64,000 bases of DNA from Octopus sinensis (Eukaryota), in contig NC_043001.1 of the NCBI RefSeq assembly GCF_006345805.1, positions 106,888,001-106,952,000 of the forward strand, given 5' to 3'. The notes beneath the pieces were generated by a model. That model was not told the DNA's origin, ran no database searches, and worked only from the letters and a program-made list of their open reading frames with translations. The translations under genes were made by a program, and so were the position numbers. Below are positions 37,113 to 49,835 of the stretch, in pieces; the first letter of the stretch is position 1; each line of letters starts with the position of its first letter.

Positions 37113-37739
37113 ATTATGTGTGTGTGTGTGTGTGTACGTGCGCGCGAGCGCGTGTGCGTATAGAAGCACATCCATATATACGTGTGTGAATATGTATGTA
37201 GATACATATATATATTCAACATCTCTTCTCTTCCTCTCACTTTCTCTTCTCTCTGCCCCCTCTCACTTTCTTCCTCCCACGTATGGTTTTATTAACACAT
37301 CAACATTATAGACTGAGGAATGTGAAACCAATTACGGAAGTGAGAAAATTAGTAATGCTTTATGAGTGTGGCGGAAAAAAAAAAGCTTGAATCCTCGAAC
37401 GCCACAGTAGTTGCTTTCGTGAGTGCTGAAGTTGTTGTTGTAGTTGTTGGTGTTATTATAGTTTGTGTTTTAGTTAATGTTGTCGTTGGTCTTGGTACTG
37501 TTGTTGTTGTTGTTTCCTCCACCCATGAAATGGTTTAACGAAACTGAGAAATGTCACCTTAACGTCAGACTTCGTTATTTACAGTTTAACGGAAAACGAA
37601 ATAGTTAACTATATCACGTGCTACAATGATTTTGTTTTTAAGGATCACTACTTCGTATCTTTTACAGAGTGGAAGAAATATATTAACCATTCGTAAACAC
37701 ACAAAGACTCTTAACTTCACTTAAACATTTATCATTTAG

Positions 37740-37782
37740 TGTCAAAATTTTCGTCGCACCAACTGCGACCGGGTCACTGACA
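37740..37782 (-). ncRNA. Hammerhead-like motif with G3/C8 swapped core
   Basis: TGTCA-GTGACCC-g-GTCGCA-gttgg-TGCGAC-GAA-AATT-T-TGACA. 5-bp stem I, 6-bp stem II, palindromic stem III, exact HHR spacing. Confidence 0.55.
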
Positions 37783-37837
37783 TAATTTCACTGCATCTAG
37801 TTTGTGAGGTTGTTGGTTGATATAAATAGGTTCCAGG

Positions 37838-38242
37838 CAAGGCCAGATTAAGGCCCATAAAAGCTATAAGTACTTAAAAGATTTTGGATAAGCCCATATG
37901 TATGTAATTCAAAATATAAACAATAATAAACATTCAAATAAAATTTCACGTTTCAAATTAAAGCAAAACTAATAGTAATATGGAAAATAATGTTTCTTTT
38001 TGAATACTTCCCTTTATTTTTATTTCAAAAATGTTTTCTCCTACTTTTTATCGGATACTCACTATTGCATCACGAACACTTCGAAATTATATTTCCGATC
38101 ATATAAACCACTTCAAATATTATTTTATCAAGTTTAGGGTTATTTCTTTTGTGCCGTAAACCATTTACCATTTCTGTACTGTTCTCCTACCCTTGATGCC
38201 CTAAGCACGTGCTTATTTCACTTAATGGTTAATCTAGCGCGG
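37838..38242. mobile_element. hAT-type MITE (405 bp)
   Basis: Imperfect 14-bp TIRs (caaggccagattaa / rc ccgcgctagattaa) flanked by an 8-bp TSD gttccagg (37830-37837) / attccagg (38243-38250). Confidence 0.7.
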
Positions 38243-38261
38243 ATTCCAGGATTATATGTTG

Positions 38262-38304
<43 letters not shown>

Positions 38305-38307
<3 letters not shown>

Positions 38308-38590
38308 GTGCAAGTGTCTTCTACTATAGCCTCGGGCCGACCAAAGCTTTGTGAGTGGTTTTGGTAGATGGAAATATTTATGTATTTGTGTGTCTGCTTG
38401 TCCCCCACCATCGCTTGAAAACAGATGTTTGTGCGTTAACGTCTCCTAACTTAGCAGTTCGGCAAAAGAGACTGATAGAATAAGTACTAGGCTTACAAGG
38501 AATAAGTCCTGGAGTCGATTTATTCGACTAAAGGCGATGCTCCAGGATGGCCGCGGTGAAATGACTGAAACAAGTAAAAGAATAAAAGAA
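38305..38590 (+). mobile_element. SINE family A, 5'-truncated
   Basis: caagtgtcttctactatagcctcgggccgacc..cgactaaaggcgatgctccag..gactgaaacaagtaaaagaataaaagaat. Confidence 0.85.
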
Positions 38591-38612
38591 TGTATATGTA
38601 TATATATATATA

Positions 38613-38665
<53 letters not shown>

Positions 38666-38676
38666 TATATATATAT

Positions 38677-38711
<35 letters not shown>

Positions 38712-40005
38712 GATGGCCGTCCACTCGTGACCGAGGAAGACCACTGCCGACCTTCAGGAACATTGTGCGCTCTAGGACTAACTTATATTTTGCATTTGCG
38801 GCTCCGTTGGTGGCTAATGAGCCCTGCTCTTGACAAGCATACACGACTGCAAACATTGCAGACCAAGCATTCCCCATTCACTATACGAGCCGTGCGCTTT
38901 CGCACAGCTCGCTTAAGTTCTTCATGCTGGATACGTGCTCTCTCAAAAGTGTCGATCCCCTCCTTAACCTGCTTCCTCCATCTGTGGCGATGACAGGCAT
39001 TGTTCTCCCAGTCAGTGTCCTGTATACCAAAAGCCTTTAACGAGGACTTGACACAGTCCTTAAATCGTAGCCTTGGTTTCTGCCGGAGTCTCCTTCCATT
39101 CACAAGTTCTCCATAGAGCATCTGCTTAGGAATCCTTCTATCCTCCATTTTAATAAGGTGTCAAGTCCAACGCAACCGGTGCTTGTATATACCATCGCCT
39201 CAATACTCAAGATATCAGCTGTCCTCAGGATCTGTGTGTCTGGAATTTTTGAGGTCCAGCCAACATTGAGAATGTGTCTGAGACATCTCTGGTGAAAACG
39301 TTCAAGGACCCTTACCTGACGTTTGTACAGAGTCCATGTCTCACATGAGTATAGAAGCGATGTCAGTACACAAGCACGGTACACAACAACTTTTGTTCTC
39401 CTTGCGATGCCATGTTGGGACCAGACACGAGACTGAAGAGACCGGAAGGAATTAGTTGCTCTCTGCAACCTGAAAGATATTTCCTCATCCAGGGAGCAAG
39501 AACGGCTGAGTGTGCTGCCCAGGTAGACAAACTTGTCTACAACCTTCAGAATTGTTCCTTCAACCAAGATAGCTGGTTCTATATATGGATTTCCTGGTGC
39601 AGGCTGGAACATTACAACAGTCTTGTCCAGGCTAATGCTGAGTCCAAATGCCCTGCAAGAAGCAGAAATGCAATTCATGAGTATTTGCATGTCATCCACT
39701 GTATGAGTGACTAAGTCACAGTCATCTGCATAAAGGAGTCACGGATAATAGACTGGGAAACCTTTGAATTGGCAGCAAATCGGCGAAGATTAAAGAGGCG
39801 GCCAGAAGATCGATATCTGACATATATTCCCAGAGAGCTAACCTTAGCAAAAGCATGAGTAAAAGCAGCAGCAAAGTACAAAGAAAAGAGAGTTGGGGCA
39901 AGGATGTCACCCTGCTTGACACCATTCTCTACAGGAATGGGTCCCGCCATGGCACCACCAACATTGATCCAAGCCTCCATCCCATCATGAAATGATTTAA
40001 TTACA
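38712..40005 (-). mobile_element. 5'-truncated RTE-clade LINE (RT C-terminal half, pseudogenised)
   Basis: GVKQGDILAPTLFSLYF, FNLRRF, (L)YADDC across a frameshift, FVYLGS, SLLYSCETWT, RIPKQMLYGEL and a terminal CNVC..C.SRAGLISHQRS zinc knuckle. Two frameshifts and a TGA; the 3' end abuts a TA tract. Confidence 0.95.
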
Positions 40006-40121
40006 GATACATATAAATATATATATATACACACGCACAAATACTAGTCGGTTGTTCCAGTTAGGTGCTCATAGTTGATCAGTTATCTTGGCATTTAATT
40101 GTATTTCACATTCGATCTCAG

Positions 40122-40273
40122 AACGAATCATTTGCCTGGCAAGTACATCTGTTTTGGAGGAAAATACGAAATGAATGGGGAAAGAAGTTATGTCTTGAAT
40201 TCTTTCTCACCGCACGTGCGTGCATACGCTACCCATCACACACCACCCAACATCTTCGTCTATTACAACCAGG
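40122..40273 (+). CDS. Candidate host exon (152 nt), product unknown
   Basis: Acceptor tttcacattcgatctcag|, donor cagg|gtaagt, open frame TNHLPGKYICFGGKYEMNGERSYVLNSFSPHVRAYATHHTPPNIFVYYNQ. Non-repetitive composition; no family recognised. Confidence 0.3.
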
Positions 40274-40810
40274 GTAAGTCGATAGCCCTACGGCCGCTTA
40301 ACGTTCCTGTCATGAAAAGCAAAACGCCATTTCGCCAGACGCTTTAATGATACTGAGGATACTGAAACCTACTGCCGTGAACAGTCCTGCAGCATGGTAC
40401 GGATTAAGCTACCTGGTCCTTTACAGTTCAGTCCATTCGGATGTAAAAAGGCACGCACACAAACACACACACATACACACACACACACACACACGCACAC
40501 ACACACACACAAATACTCACACATACACGCGCGCGCACAAGCACCACCATCATACTCTTCCCATACACACATGAACACACGAGTGAAATTATATGTGGAT
40601 GTTCGACCTGCTAAAAATTTCCTCAAACCACTCCCGTTCTCGCAAAGCAGTACCACATGGTGTTGGTGATGGTGGTAATGGCAGCGATTTTTGATGGCAT
40701 AGGTCGTTGTTGTTGATACTAATGTTGTTAATGGGTTAAGAGGAAATTGTTCTACTACTTTTACTAGAAGTTCACTTGTTGATTCATGTGCTGTGCTGGT
40801 GTGTGTATGG

Positions 40811-40859
<49 letters not shown>

Positions 40860-41324
40860 GTGCGTGGTTAATACAGATCTTGCCATTGTACAGTAAAGTA
40901 AAATTAAGACAATTAGTGTTTCTGGGATTTGCCGAACAGAATAGATATATTTTATAGAATATGAAATTGAATTCTCTGCGCATTTTAATGTTTTTGAAAA
41001 GACTCATTTTTACCAATAATTAAACAATGATTTAGCAGTGATTAAACAGGGTCAGATAGGTGGAACCGGTGGAGCATGAAAACAAAACATAATGTATGTC
41101 GGGACACCTCATTATGTTGGTTTTTTAGTACTATCAAGGATTAAATTTGTTTTTCATTCTTTCAGGACCGGGATATAAACATCAATGAAGCGCGGGGTTG
41201 ATAAAATATTAGCCTTATCCTCCCAAAATACATGATCCTTTGTCTGGAAATCAATGATTGAACACACAATAGGCAGTGAGCAGCCGTTGGATTAAATATA
41301 ATCTTTGAATATTTAGTTACATGA

Positions 41325-41545
41325 AGACGGTGAGCTAACAGAAACGTTACTGCGCTGGGAAAAATGCTTAGCGGCATTTCTTCTACCTTTACGTTCTGGA
41401 TTTAAATTCTGCTGAGGTCGATTTTGCCTTGCATCATTTCGGTGTCGATAAAATAAGTACCAGTGGAACACTGGTCTCGATGTAATCGACTTGTCATTTC
41501 CCTCAAAATTTCAGGCCTTGCGCCCGTAGTAGAAAAGATCCTTAG
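41325..41545 (+). mobile_element. SINE family B, full length
   Basis: ggtgagctaacagaaacgtta..aaatgcttagcggcatttc..gctgaggtcgattttgcctt..gataaaataagtaccag..tcaggccttgcgccc. Confidence 0.85.
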
Positions 41546-41699
41546 TTACATCTACTTGAGCTCTAAGGTCGATAAAATGAATGACAGCTAGAATGAGATG
41601 ATATAATCGGCTCCACACTTTCCAAAAATCAGTAATAAGAATTTTTTTTCAGAAATGTAACATCAACAAGAATAAAGATCTAGAATTCAGTTAAACAAC

Positions 41700-41885
41700 A
41701 ATTTCTACTAAGCGTGAAATTTTGAGGTCGGGAGGTAAGTTGATTCCATCAAACCTAGTGCTCAGCTGATACTTATTTCATCACTCTGAAAAGATAAAGT
41801 TGGCCTTAGGGGGAATTTGAACTGAGAACGTAACGAATCGGTATTGAACATTAACGTGTTAACGACCCTGCCCGTTCGCCGCCTT
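41700..41885 (-). mobile_element. SINE family B, degenerate
   Basis: gatacttatttcatcactctgaaaagataaag..gaatttgaactgagaacgtaac. Confidence 0.65.
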
Positions 41886-42050
41886 TCCCAATCCTATTAA
41901 TAATAAATAAATATATAACGATTTGTTACCTAAAATCAAAGTCTCGTACTTTGAGGCAGCCCGGAGAGAATGAAAACCCGTGACGTTCTCATAGGAATTC
42001 GATCTTAAGATTTAAAAGAAACTAAATTCTTGTGGAAACTTCCAATTCGA

Positions 42051-42107
<57 letters not shown>

Positions 42108-42725
42108 TGTGTGTGCGAGAGAGAGAGGTGTGTGAACAACGAACTTCCACACAGTTTCTGGATACCAAAAGGTATTGGTTGGCCCGTGGCTGTAGTAGAA
42201 AACATTTGGCCAAGGTACTTTGCAGTGAGACTGAACCCGAGATCACACAGCCATAAATGATAATTTCTAGTGTAGGTACAAGGTCACTGCTGTTATTACT
42301 GTTTAGCCCGGAACAACCCTGACGGAGCAGAATTATAATCAAGGTATTCCATGCCTCATCTACCCACTCGTCTTTTTCCCGTTTTTTTGTAAGTCCAAAC
42401 ATGGTGTATCTAGTATATTATCTAGTATATTATCGAATGAGACCTTTCCTTTGGATAACAGTCGGATGTGGTATAAAGATTTGGCTGCTGCTTCTAGAAG
42501 TCAATTATGTGAATACCAAAAATTGTCCTGTATTTCATCGGCCTCAGCGGGACGCGAACTTCGAACAGAAGTAGATACTGCAATGTGATATTCATGCATT
42601 GTTTTACGTGTATGTATCTATGCGTGTGTCTGTGCAAGTATGAATATATAGATACAAACACATTTAAGTGGAAGGGCGTGTGTACAGAGACGTACACAGA
42701 ATAATATACTTACATATATATATAT

Positions 42726-42769
<44 letters not shown>

Positions 42770-42923
42770 ATATTATATATATATATATTCCTTCCCTTCT
42801 TTCCTGAGCGTCAATAATACTTTAATTATTCCACGTCCTGCGTTGCTGTGTTTTTTTCTTTTTTTTTCCCTTTTTTTCTGTGTTTTCTTGTTTGGATTAA
42901 CTATATATATATATATATATATA

Positions 42924-43049
<126 letters not shown>

Positions 43050-43639
43050 TGTGTAGGGGCATGATGGGTGTGTATAAACTCCAGAAGAGAACGAAAATTG
43101 GTAATACTTTTGACATAACATAAATCAACTAACTAGATAGATACAGACCATTTACATTGTACCATATACATAATAATATATCGGGTGGGTGAGGGTTCGG
43201 AATAGGACTGAAATTAATATTATTACTGATCAAGAATTATCTGAGAGCCAGCCGCTTCGCTTGTCAACTTTCTACGCAGATTTCTTACTGTAAGAAATAA
43301 ATGGAAATAAATAACAGAAAATATATAAAATAATAAATAACTTAGATTTTTATGTTTGTAGCCCGCAGCTTTTATTGCGCTTTTAATCTTGCGAACACTT
43401 GAATTTACGATGGAGTGCTTAACTCACTACAAACTACTTCGCTTCTCACAAGAGTGAAAGCATTAAAATAGGGAAGTAATTTATGACAAACACTTGACGT
43501 TTCCACGTTTGGAATTATGTTGTACATAAATAGATAGGCAGGGTAGATAGATATCTAGAGGCATACAGACAAACACTGAACACATTCAAGCATAATTTCT
43601 CTTTTTCTCTCTCTCTCGCTCTCTCTCTTATCCTTTCAT

Positions 43640-43686
<47 letters not shown>

Positions 43687-43935
43687 CAATACATATACAC
43701 GCACATGTATGAACGTATGAATGTATTTCTTGTGTATATTACCTCCTCCTCTAACTTTACCTATATTTACATAAATATAATTTTTTTCCATATTAATTTT
43801 ATTTCCACATCATTTCACTATCAAACAGGATTTGTATTTTTTAATTTATTTTTCGCAGATATTCGTTATCAGAAAGGATATATACATATACATATATATA
43901 TATAATATATATATATAATATATATATATATTATA

Positions 43936-44027
<92 letters not shown>

Positions 44028-44234
44028 CATACATACATACATACATACATACATACATACATACATACATTTACATACATACATAGAGGTAAAATATGTA
44101 TGTAAACACACACACATATTTGCATGTACATGTTTGTTTGTGTGTGCGTGCGTGCGTGCGTGCGTGTGTGTGTCAGCGCAAATTTGTCTTTGTTTACATG
44201 TCTGAGTATGCATACATCTGCAGCATGTTTTTAC

Positions 44235-44285
<51 letters not shown>

Positions 44286-44378
44286 CGATATATGTATGTA
44301 TATGTACATACATGCAAATGCATATATATATACATATAAATATATATATATAAATATGTATATGTGTATATATACATA

Positions 44379-44439
<61 letters not shown>

Positions 44440-44605
44440 TTTACTTGTTTTAGTCATTAGACTACAACCATAAGAATCAAGGCACATCAACTGGTAGGAC
44501 GCCAGAAATGGCTAGGTACAATAGCGTAGAGCTCAGTTAAATAAACAAAACTACAATGTTGTTTATTTCACTGCGAGCTCTCTCTTATCGTGAGTGTGTA
44601 TATGT

Positions 44606-44645
<40 letters not shown>

Positions 44646-45152
44646 AGGGAAAGGGAAAGAGAGAGAGGTACATGTGGGTGTTTGTGTATTTATATTGGTA
44701 CTGCATGGATAATTAGAGATTATACAGTAGAAACAAAAAAGAAAAGTAACATTAAGATGCTTTATAAAAGCTATTCTTTATAAAATGTTTTGTAATTTAT
44801 AGCCTTTGTTGTGTTTGTGTGTGTATGTGTGCGTGCACGTATGTGTGAGTGTGCATGTGTACGAGAGCGTATGTGTGCGTACGTGTGAATGTGTTGTGTG
44901 GGTGTGCAATAGAAGTAACTAACTTTATAGTGAAAAGTATATCAGTAAGGTAAATTAAGCTGCTTCTGCTGCATAATTCGAATTTTAATCTGGTTCTGCA
45001 GTGCCTTCGCATGACAATGTAGTTTGTAGACTACTTCCATATACTTCAGACTGGCTTATTCGAATTCTTCACGGATATGACACCAGTCCACAACACTGTC
45101 AAAATGGAATACGTATTTTGTAGGGCAATTTCATTTAATCTACCCTGAAATA

Positions 45153-46443
45153 CGAGGGACGTTCAATAAGTAATGCTTCTGACCCACTTGCAGTTGTTTG
45201 ATCTAGCTGAAATTGTGCATGTGCAATCATTTATATCTCTATAGAGTAAGTGGCAAATTACAGCTCTGAATTAATTGTGGTTTCTGATTTACAGGTGTTT
45301 GAACCGAGTCAAGTGTGAAATGGAACCTATTGAGTGTCGAGCAGTGATCCGGTTTTTGTATTTGAAAGGACGCACACCACGGGAGACTTTTGATGAAATG
45401 AAAGTAACTTATGGTGATGATGCCCCATCATATGACCTTGTAAAACGCTGGCATCGTGAATTCAAACATGGTCGGAACTCTGTGGAAACAGCTCCCAGAT
45501 CTGGTCGCCCCCTTCTGCCATTGATGAGGCATCTGTCCGTCAAGTTGAGGCTGCCATTTTGGGAGATCGACGCATAATTATTCGCCAAATAGCCCATGAG
45601 GTCAAGATTAGTACAGGGTCTGTGGAAACTATCATTCATGACCATTTCCATATGCAAAAGGTGTCTGCTAGATGGATTCCCAGGTTGCTCACGCCTTTCC
45701 AGAAGCAAGAACGCGTCGAGTGCTCGAGGGTGAATTTGGAGATGTGCCAAGAAGATGAGTCAAAATTTTTCAAAAGACTGATTACACAGGATGAAACCTG
45801 GGTCCATCACGATGATCCAGAGACCAAAGCCCAGTCAACGCAGTGGAAGCACCGTGACTCACCCCCTCCAAAGAAGGCAAGGGTGCAGCCCTCCGCTGGC
45901 AAGGTCATGCTCACAGTCTTCTGGGACCAGGACGGAGTAGTGATGACAGATTTCCTGGCAAAGGGTACCACAATTACAGGAGCCTATTATGCTTCACTTT
46001 TGAGGAAATTAAGAGAAGTTATCAAAATCAAGAGGCGGGGCAAGATCAGCAAAGGCATCCTCCTCCTGCAGGACAACGCTCCGGTCCACAAATCGCTTGT
46101 CGCCAGATCAGAAGCACAGGCGTATGGCTATGAACTCCTCCCCATCCCCCCTAATTTCCTGACCTTGCACCCTCTGATTTTCACCTCTTCCCAATCATGA
46201 AGTTGTTTTTGAAAGGAAAGCGTTTGCCAGATGATGCAGCCTTGATTTCTGAAGTCACGTTGAGGTTGGAGGACCAAGCAAGGTTCTTCTACAAAAACGG
46301 TCTCCAGAGACGCATCAAACGATGGGAGAAATGCGTAACTCTGGGTGGTTCCTATGTAGAAAAAGACTAATAACTGTGCCAAGTTTTGTTGCTCTACTGC
46401 TATGGGAAGTGGGTCAGGGGCATTACTTATTGAATGCCCCTCG
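45153..46443 (+). mobile_element. Full-length mariner transposon (1291 bp), irritans-like
   Basis: TA on both sides (45151-45152, 46444-46445). About 37-bp imperfect TIRs cgagggacgttcaataagtaatgcttctgacccactt / rc cgaggggcattcaataagtaatgcccctgacccactt. Confidence 0.97.
45320..46370 (+). pseudogene. Mariner DD34D transposase pseudogene
   Basis: MEPIECRAVIRFLYLKG HTH region, WIPRLLT, ITQDETW, LLQDNAPVH and PDLAPSDF (34 residues between the 2nd and 3rd D). Two -1 frameshifts in C runs plus TAA at the Y of YSPDL. Confidence 0.95.
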
Positions 46444-46554
46444 TATATTGTTTTTTAACACTTATAAAGAGAAATTTTCTGGACGAAAAACCGGTGCTTC
46501 TAGACTTTTAACTGCAGACATACGTTATGTTATATTGATATAAATCATATATAC

Positions 46555-46592
<38 letters not shown>

Positions 46593-46687
46593 GTTCTCTT
46601 TCAATTTTTAATTTAGAGTAAGTTTTGACCGGTCATCGACTTATTAGCAAGGTTGTAAATGGAAGTATCTTCATTTAACCTCATCCA

Positions 46688-46832
46688 TCATGCATGCATG
46701 CATGTATGTATGTATGTATGCATGTATGCATGTATGTATGTATGTATGCATGTATGTATGTATATATGTATGTATGTATGTATGTATGTGTCAGTGTATG
46801 TATGTATGTATGTATGTACGTACGTATGTATG

Positions 46833-46866
<34 letters not shown>

Positions 46867-47095
46867 TGTATGTATGTATGTATGTATGTATGTATGTATG
46901 TGTGAGTGTATGTATGTATGCATGCATGTATGAATGTATGTATGTATGTACGTACGTATGCATGTATGTATGTATGTATGTATCTATGTATCTATGTATG
47001 TATGTGTGAGTGTATGTATGTATGCATGCATGCATGTATGTATGTATGTATGTATATATGTATGCATGTATGTATATATGCACCTTTGTATGTAT
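46688..47095. repeat. Long interrupted (TATG)n tract
   Basis: About 400 bp, directly visible. Source of several spurious ORFs. Confidence 0.95.
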
Positions 47096-47813
47096 GATTC
47101 TAAAGATACTAAATATCACTCGCTTTTTCGTATGAATAGACGATTATATCATTTATTCTACGTATATCATTTCAGTAGGTGAATGTCTGTAACTATTCCA
47201 TATTCCATTGCTAATCATATTTCTCAGTCATTTGAATAATCGGTAAAATTTTATATGAGTAGCGATTCAAGAAATTTCTGCTTCTAATGAAATATACAAA
47301 CTCTACTTTTCTTCATTTCTATGCACAAACGTTCATCAATTAATATATTGCCCCTTAGTTTGTCAAGCAAGCTCGAGCATAAATTACAAAGCCTGAAAAC
47401 ATAACATCATCTGGAAGTTTCTTCAATGAACTACTGTCGCCATACAAAACGCATTACTTTAAGGATCTGCTTGAAAATCAACGATCTAATCAAGAGAACG
47501 GGATGCAAGTAATATTTCTTCGATACAATAAATACAGTAATTATCATAACGTAATATAAGTCCGGCTTCAGATTTCGTAAATGTACTCCACAAAACGAAG
47601 AACAAGACTACCTTGAAACTAACTTTCTCAGTATTATACAAAATGTGATTTTCAAAAGAAGTCATTCGAGGACTGCAGTTGGTTTCATGTATAACACGAT
47701 CGTCAGCCCTGCTTGAACTTAAAACGTCGTTTTACTTCTATGCATAATTTGGGCAGCATTTTCAGTTCAAGACATTCTGATTGTTGCGTAAGACATGAAA
47801 CAGATTTCAAACA

Positions 47814-47846
<33 letters not shown>

Positions 47847-47865
47847 CTGTCTGTCTGTCTCTCTT

Positions 47866-47943
<78 letters not shown>

Positions 47944-47950
47944 TAGAATA

Positions 47951-48029
47951 TCATGGTAGCGGGGATGGCGGTGACTGTCTCCCGCTAGTGGTGCAAACAT
48001 GAGTGCTCATATGCACCACAAAACCATGA
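47951..48029 (+). other. Compact three-way-junction inverted-repeat structure
   Basis: TCATGGT/ACCATGA closing stem, AGCGGG/CCCGCT arm, and GTGGTGCA/TGCACCAC arm with inner ATGA/TCAT. Confidence 0.6.
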
Positions 48030-48759
48030 GAAATTATCTAATGGTAAATATTGCAGTATTATGTGTTCTGACATCCACTTTCATGAGGTGATAAATTTTA
48101 CTTTTAATCATTTTTATTTGAATGTATGTATGTATGTATGTATGTATTATTTTGTTTCACGAATAAAAATAGAATACCTAATCTATACGTAGAGTGACAT
48201 GTATATATAAAGTAACACATTATAACTGAATCTTTCATGCTCAACTGATAATTATTGATTACGCAATGATCAAACAAATGAACTTGAACCAAACTATAAG
48301 AATATCCGAAAATACTAACACTACTTCTTATGGGGCATGTTGAGATAGCAGATATATGGTATGTGATGTCTTGGAATGATTCCCCCCCCCCATGTACATT
48401 ATAAAATTTAACTTTTTACTGCGAAAAGAATATATCCACTCAAAATTGCATTACCCTTAACTACAGCAAGCAGTTTAATATACCAATCTATCTTTTGTTG
48501 AGGAATGTCATGTCTGAAACTATTCTGTTGAGATATGTAGTGTTTACTGAGACAACGTGACTTGCAGATATTTAACATTACAGGAATAACTATAGAATTT
48601 AATTTAGCAGTGGAAAGGTTTAAATAATTAAAAAAATATAAATTTAAAGAAATAGCTCAGATGAAAAAGAAATGAAAAAGCAATAGGAAAAAGTATTTAA
48701 AAAATAATGCAGGTAAAATATTATTATTTTTTTCTTTACTATAAACATGCGGCCTAAAA

Positions 48760-48935
48760 TTTGTGTATAGGGATAAGTCGTTTATATCGATCCAGTGCTC
48801 AACTGGTACTTATTTCATCGACCACGGAAAGATTAAAACCGACCTCAACAGACTGAACCCAGAGAGCAAGTCGGAAAAAATGGCACCAAGTCTTTTATCT
48901 GGTGTGCTAGCGATTCTGTCAGCTCGCCGCCTCGG
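48760..48935 (-). mobile_element. SINE family B, degenerate
   Basis: gataagtcgtttatatcgatccagtgctcaactggtacttatttcatcgacc..gattctgtcagctcgccgcc. Confidence 0.75.
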
Positions 48936-49242
48936 ATACAAAGAATAATAAAACTTTAAAAGACAAAGCAACATAGAAATAGTTTAAATTTGAATGCGTA
49001 CAGGATGAAGCAAGGATTAAATGAATTCAAACCTTATATACTAATGGATCTTTAATAGTGTATTTATAATTCTTATGCGCTTATTATTTTTTATACTTGT
49101 TTCAGTAATTGGACTACAGCCATGCTGGGACACCGCCTTGAAGGGTTTAGACAAACAAATCCACCCCCACCCCGACAATTTGCAATGTGAACTTCTTAAC
49201 TACAACCATTCAACATGTGTGTGCACGAGCGGGGACGTATAC

Positions 49243-49292
<50 letters not shown>

Positions 49293-49599
49293 ACTCACAC
49301 ACAGACACATGCACACCACACACACACACATATGTATAAATATACATGCATATAATCACACAAAGGACGTCATTAGTTATTTGCAATGCACTTGAATTTT
49401 TTTTCTTTTGTCTGGAAAAGCATTTGCACACATCACTAGAGGCTGTCTCCCTCTAACCACTTTGGTGCCGGTTTGAATTTGAAGCATCAATTAACTTTCT
49501 TTGTTATTATTTAATTGTGGAAGCATAGAGAGATTTGTAACTTTTTCATGCATTTTTGTCTTTTTCATTTATGACAATAACAATAGAGATTTTAACAGT

Positions 49600-49835
49600 A
49601 CCAGTGGCCTAGCTCTCCGTCGGTGACGACGACTAATGTTCCAGTTGATACGATCAACGGAATTGCCTGCTCGTGAAATTAACGTGCAAGTGGATGAGCA
49701 CACTACAAACACGCATACCCCTGAAGTAGTTCTCAGGGAGATTCAGTGTAACACAGAATGTGACAAGGCTGGTCCTTTGAAATACAAACACAACTCGTTT
49801 TTACCAGCTGAGTGGACTGGAGCAACATAAAATAA
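49600..49835 (-). mobile_element. SINE family D fragment, joined to the CR1 fragment
   Basis: Shares tttttaccagctgagtggactggagcaaca..aaataaag with 54545-54765. Confidence 0.65.

Noticed and set aside
39412-39714. Plus-strand 100-aa ORF, and similar antisense ORFs at 45409-45750 and 46128-46382
   Set aside because: Shadow frames of the RTE and mariner coding sequences.
47675-47712. Minus-strand CTGACGA..GAAAC motif
   Set aside because: Stem II closing pair is mismatched, the stems are 2-4 bp, and there is no repeat context. Compatible with chance.
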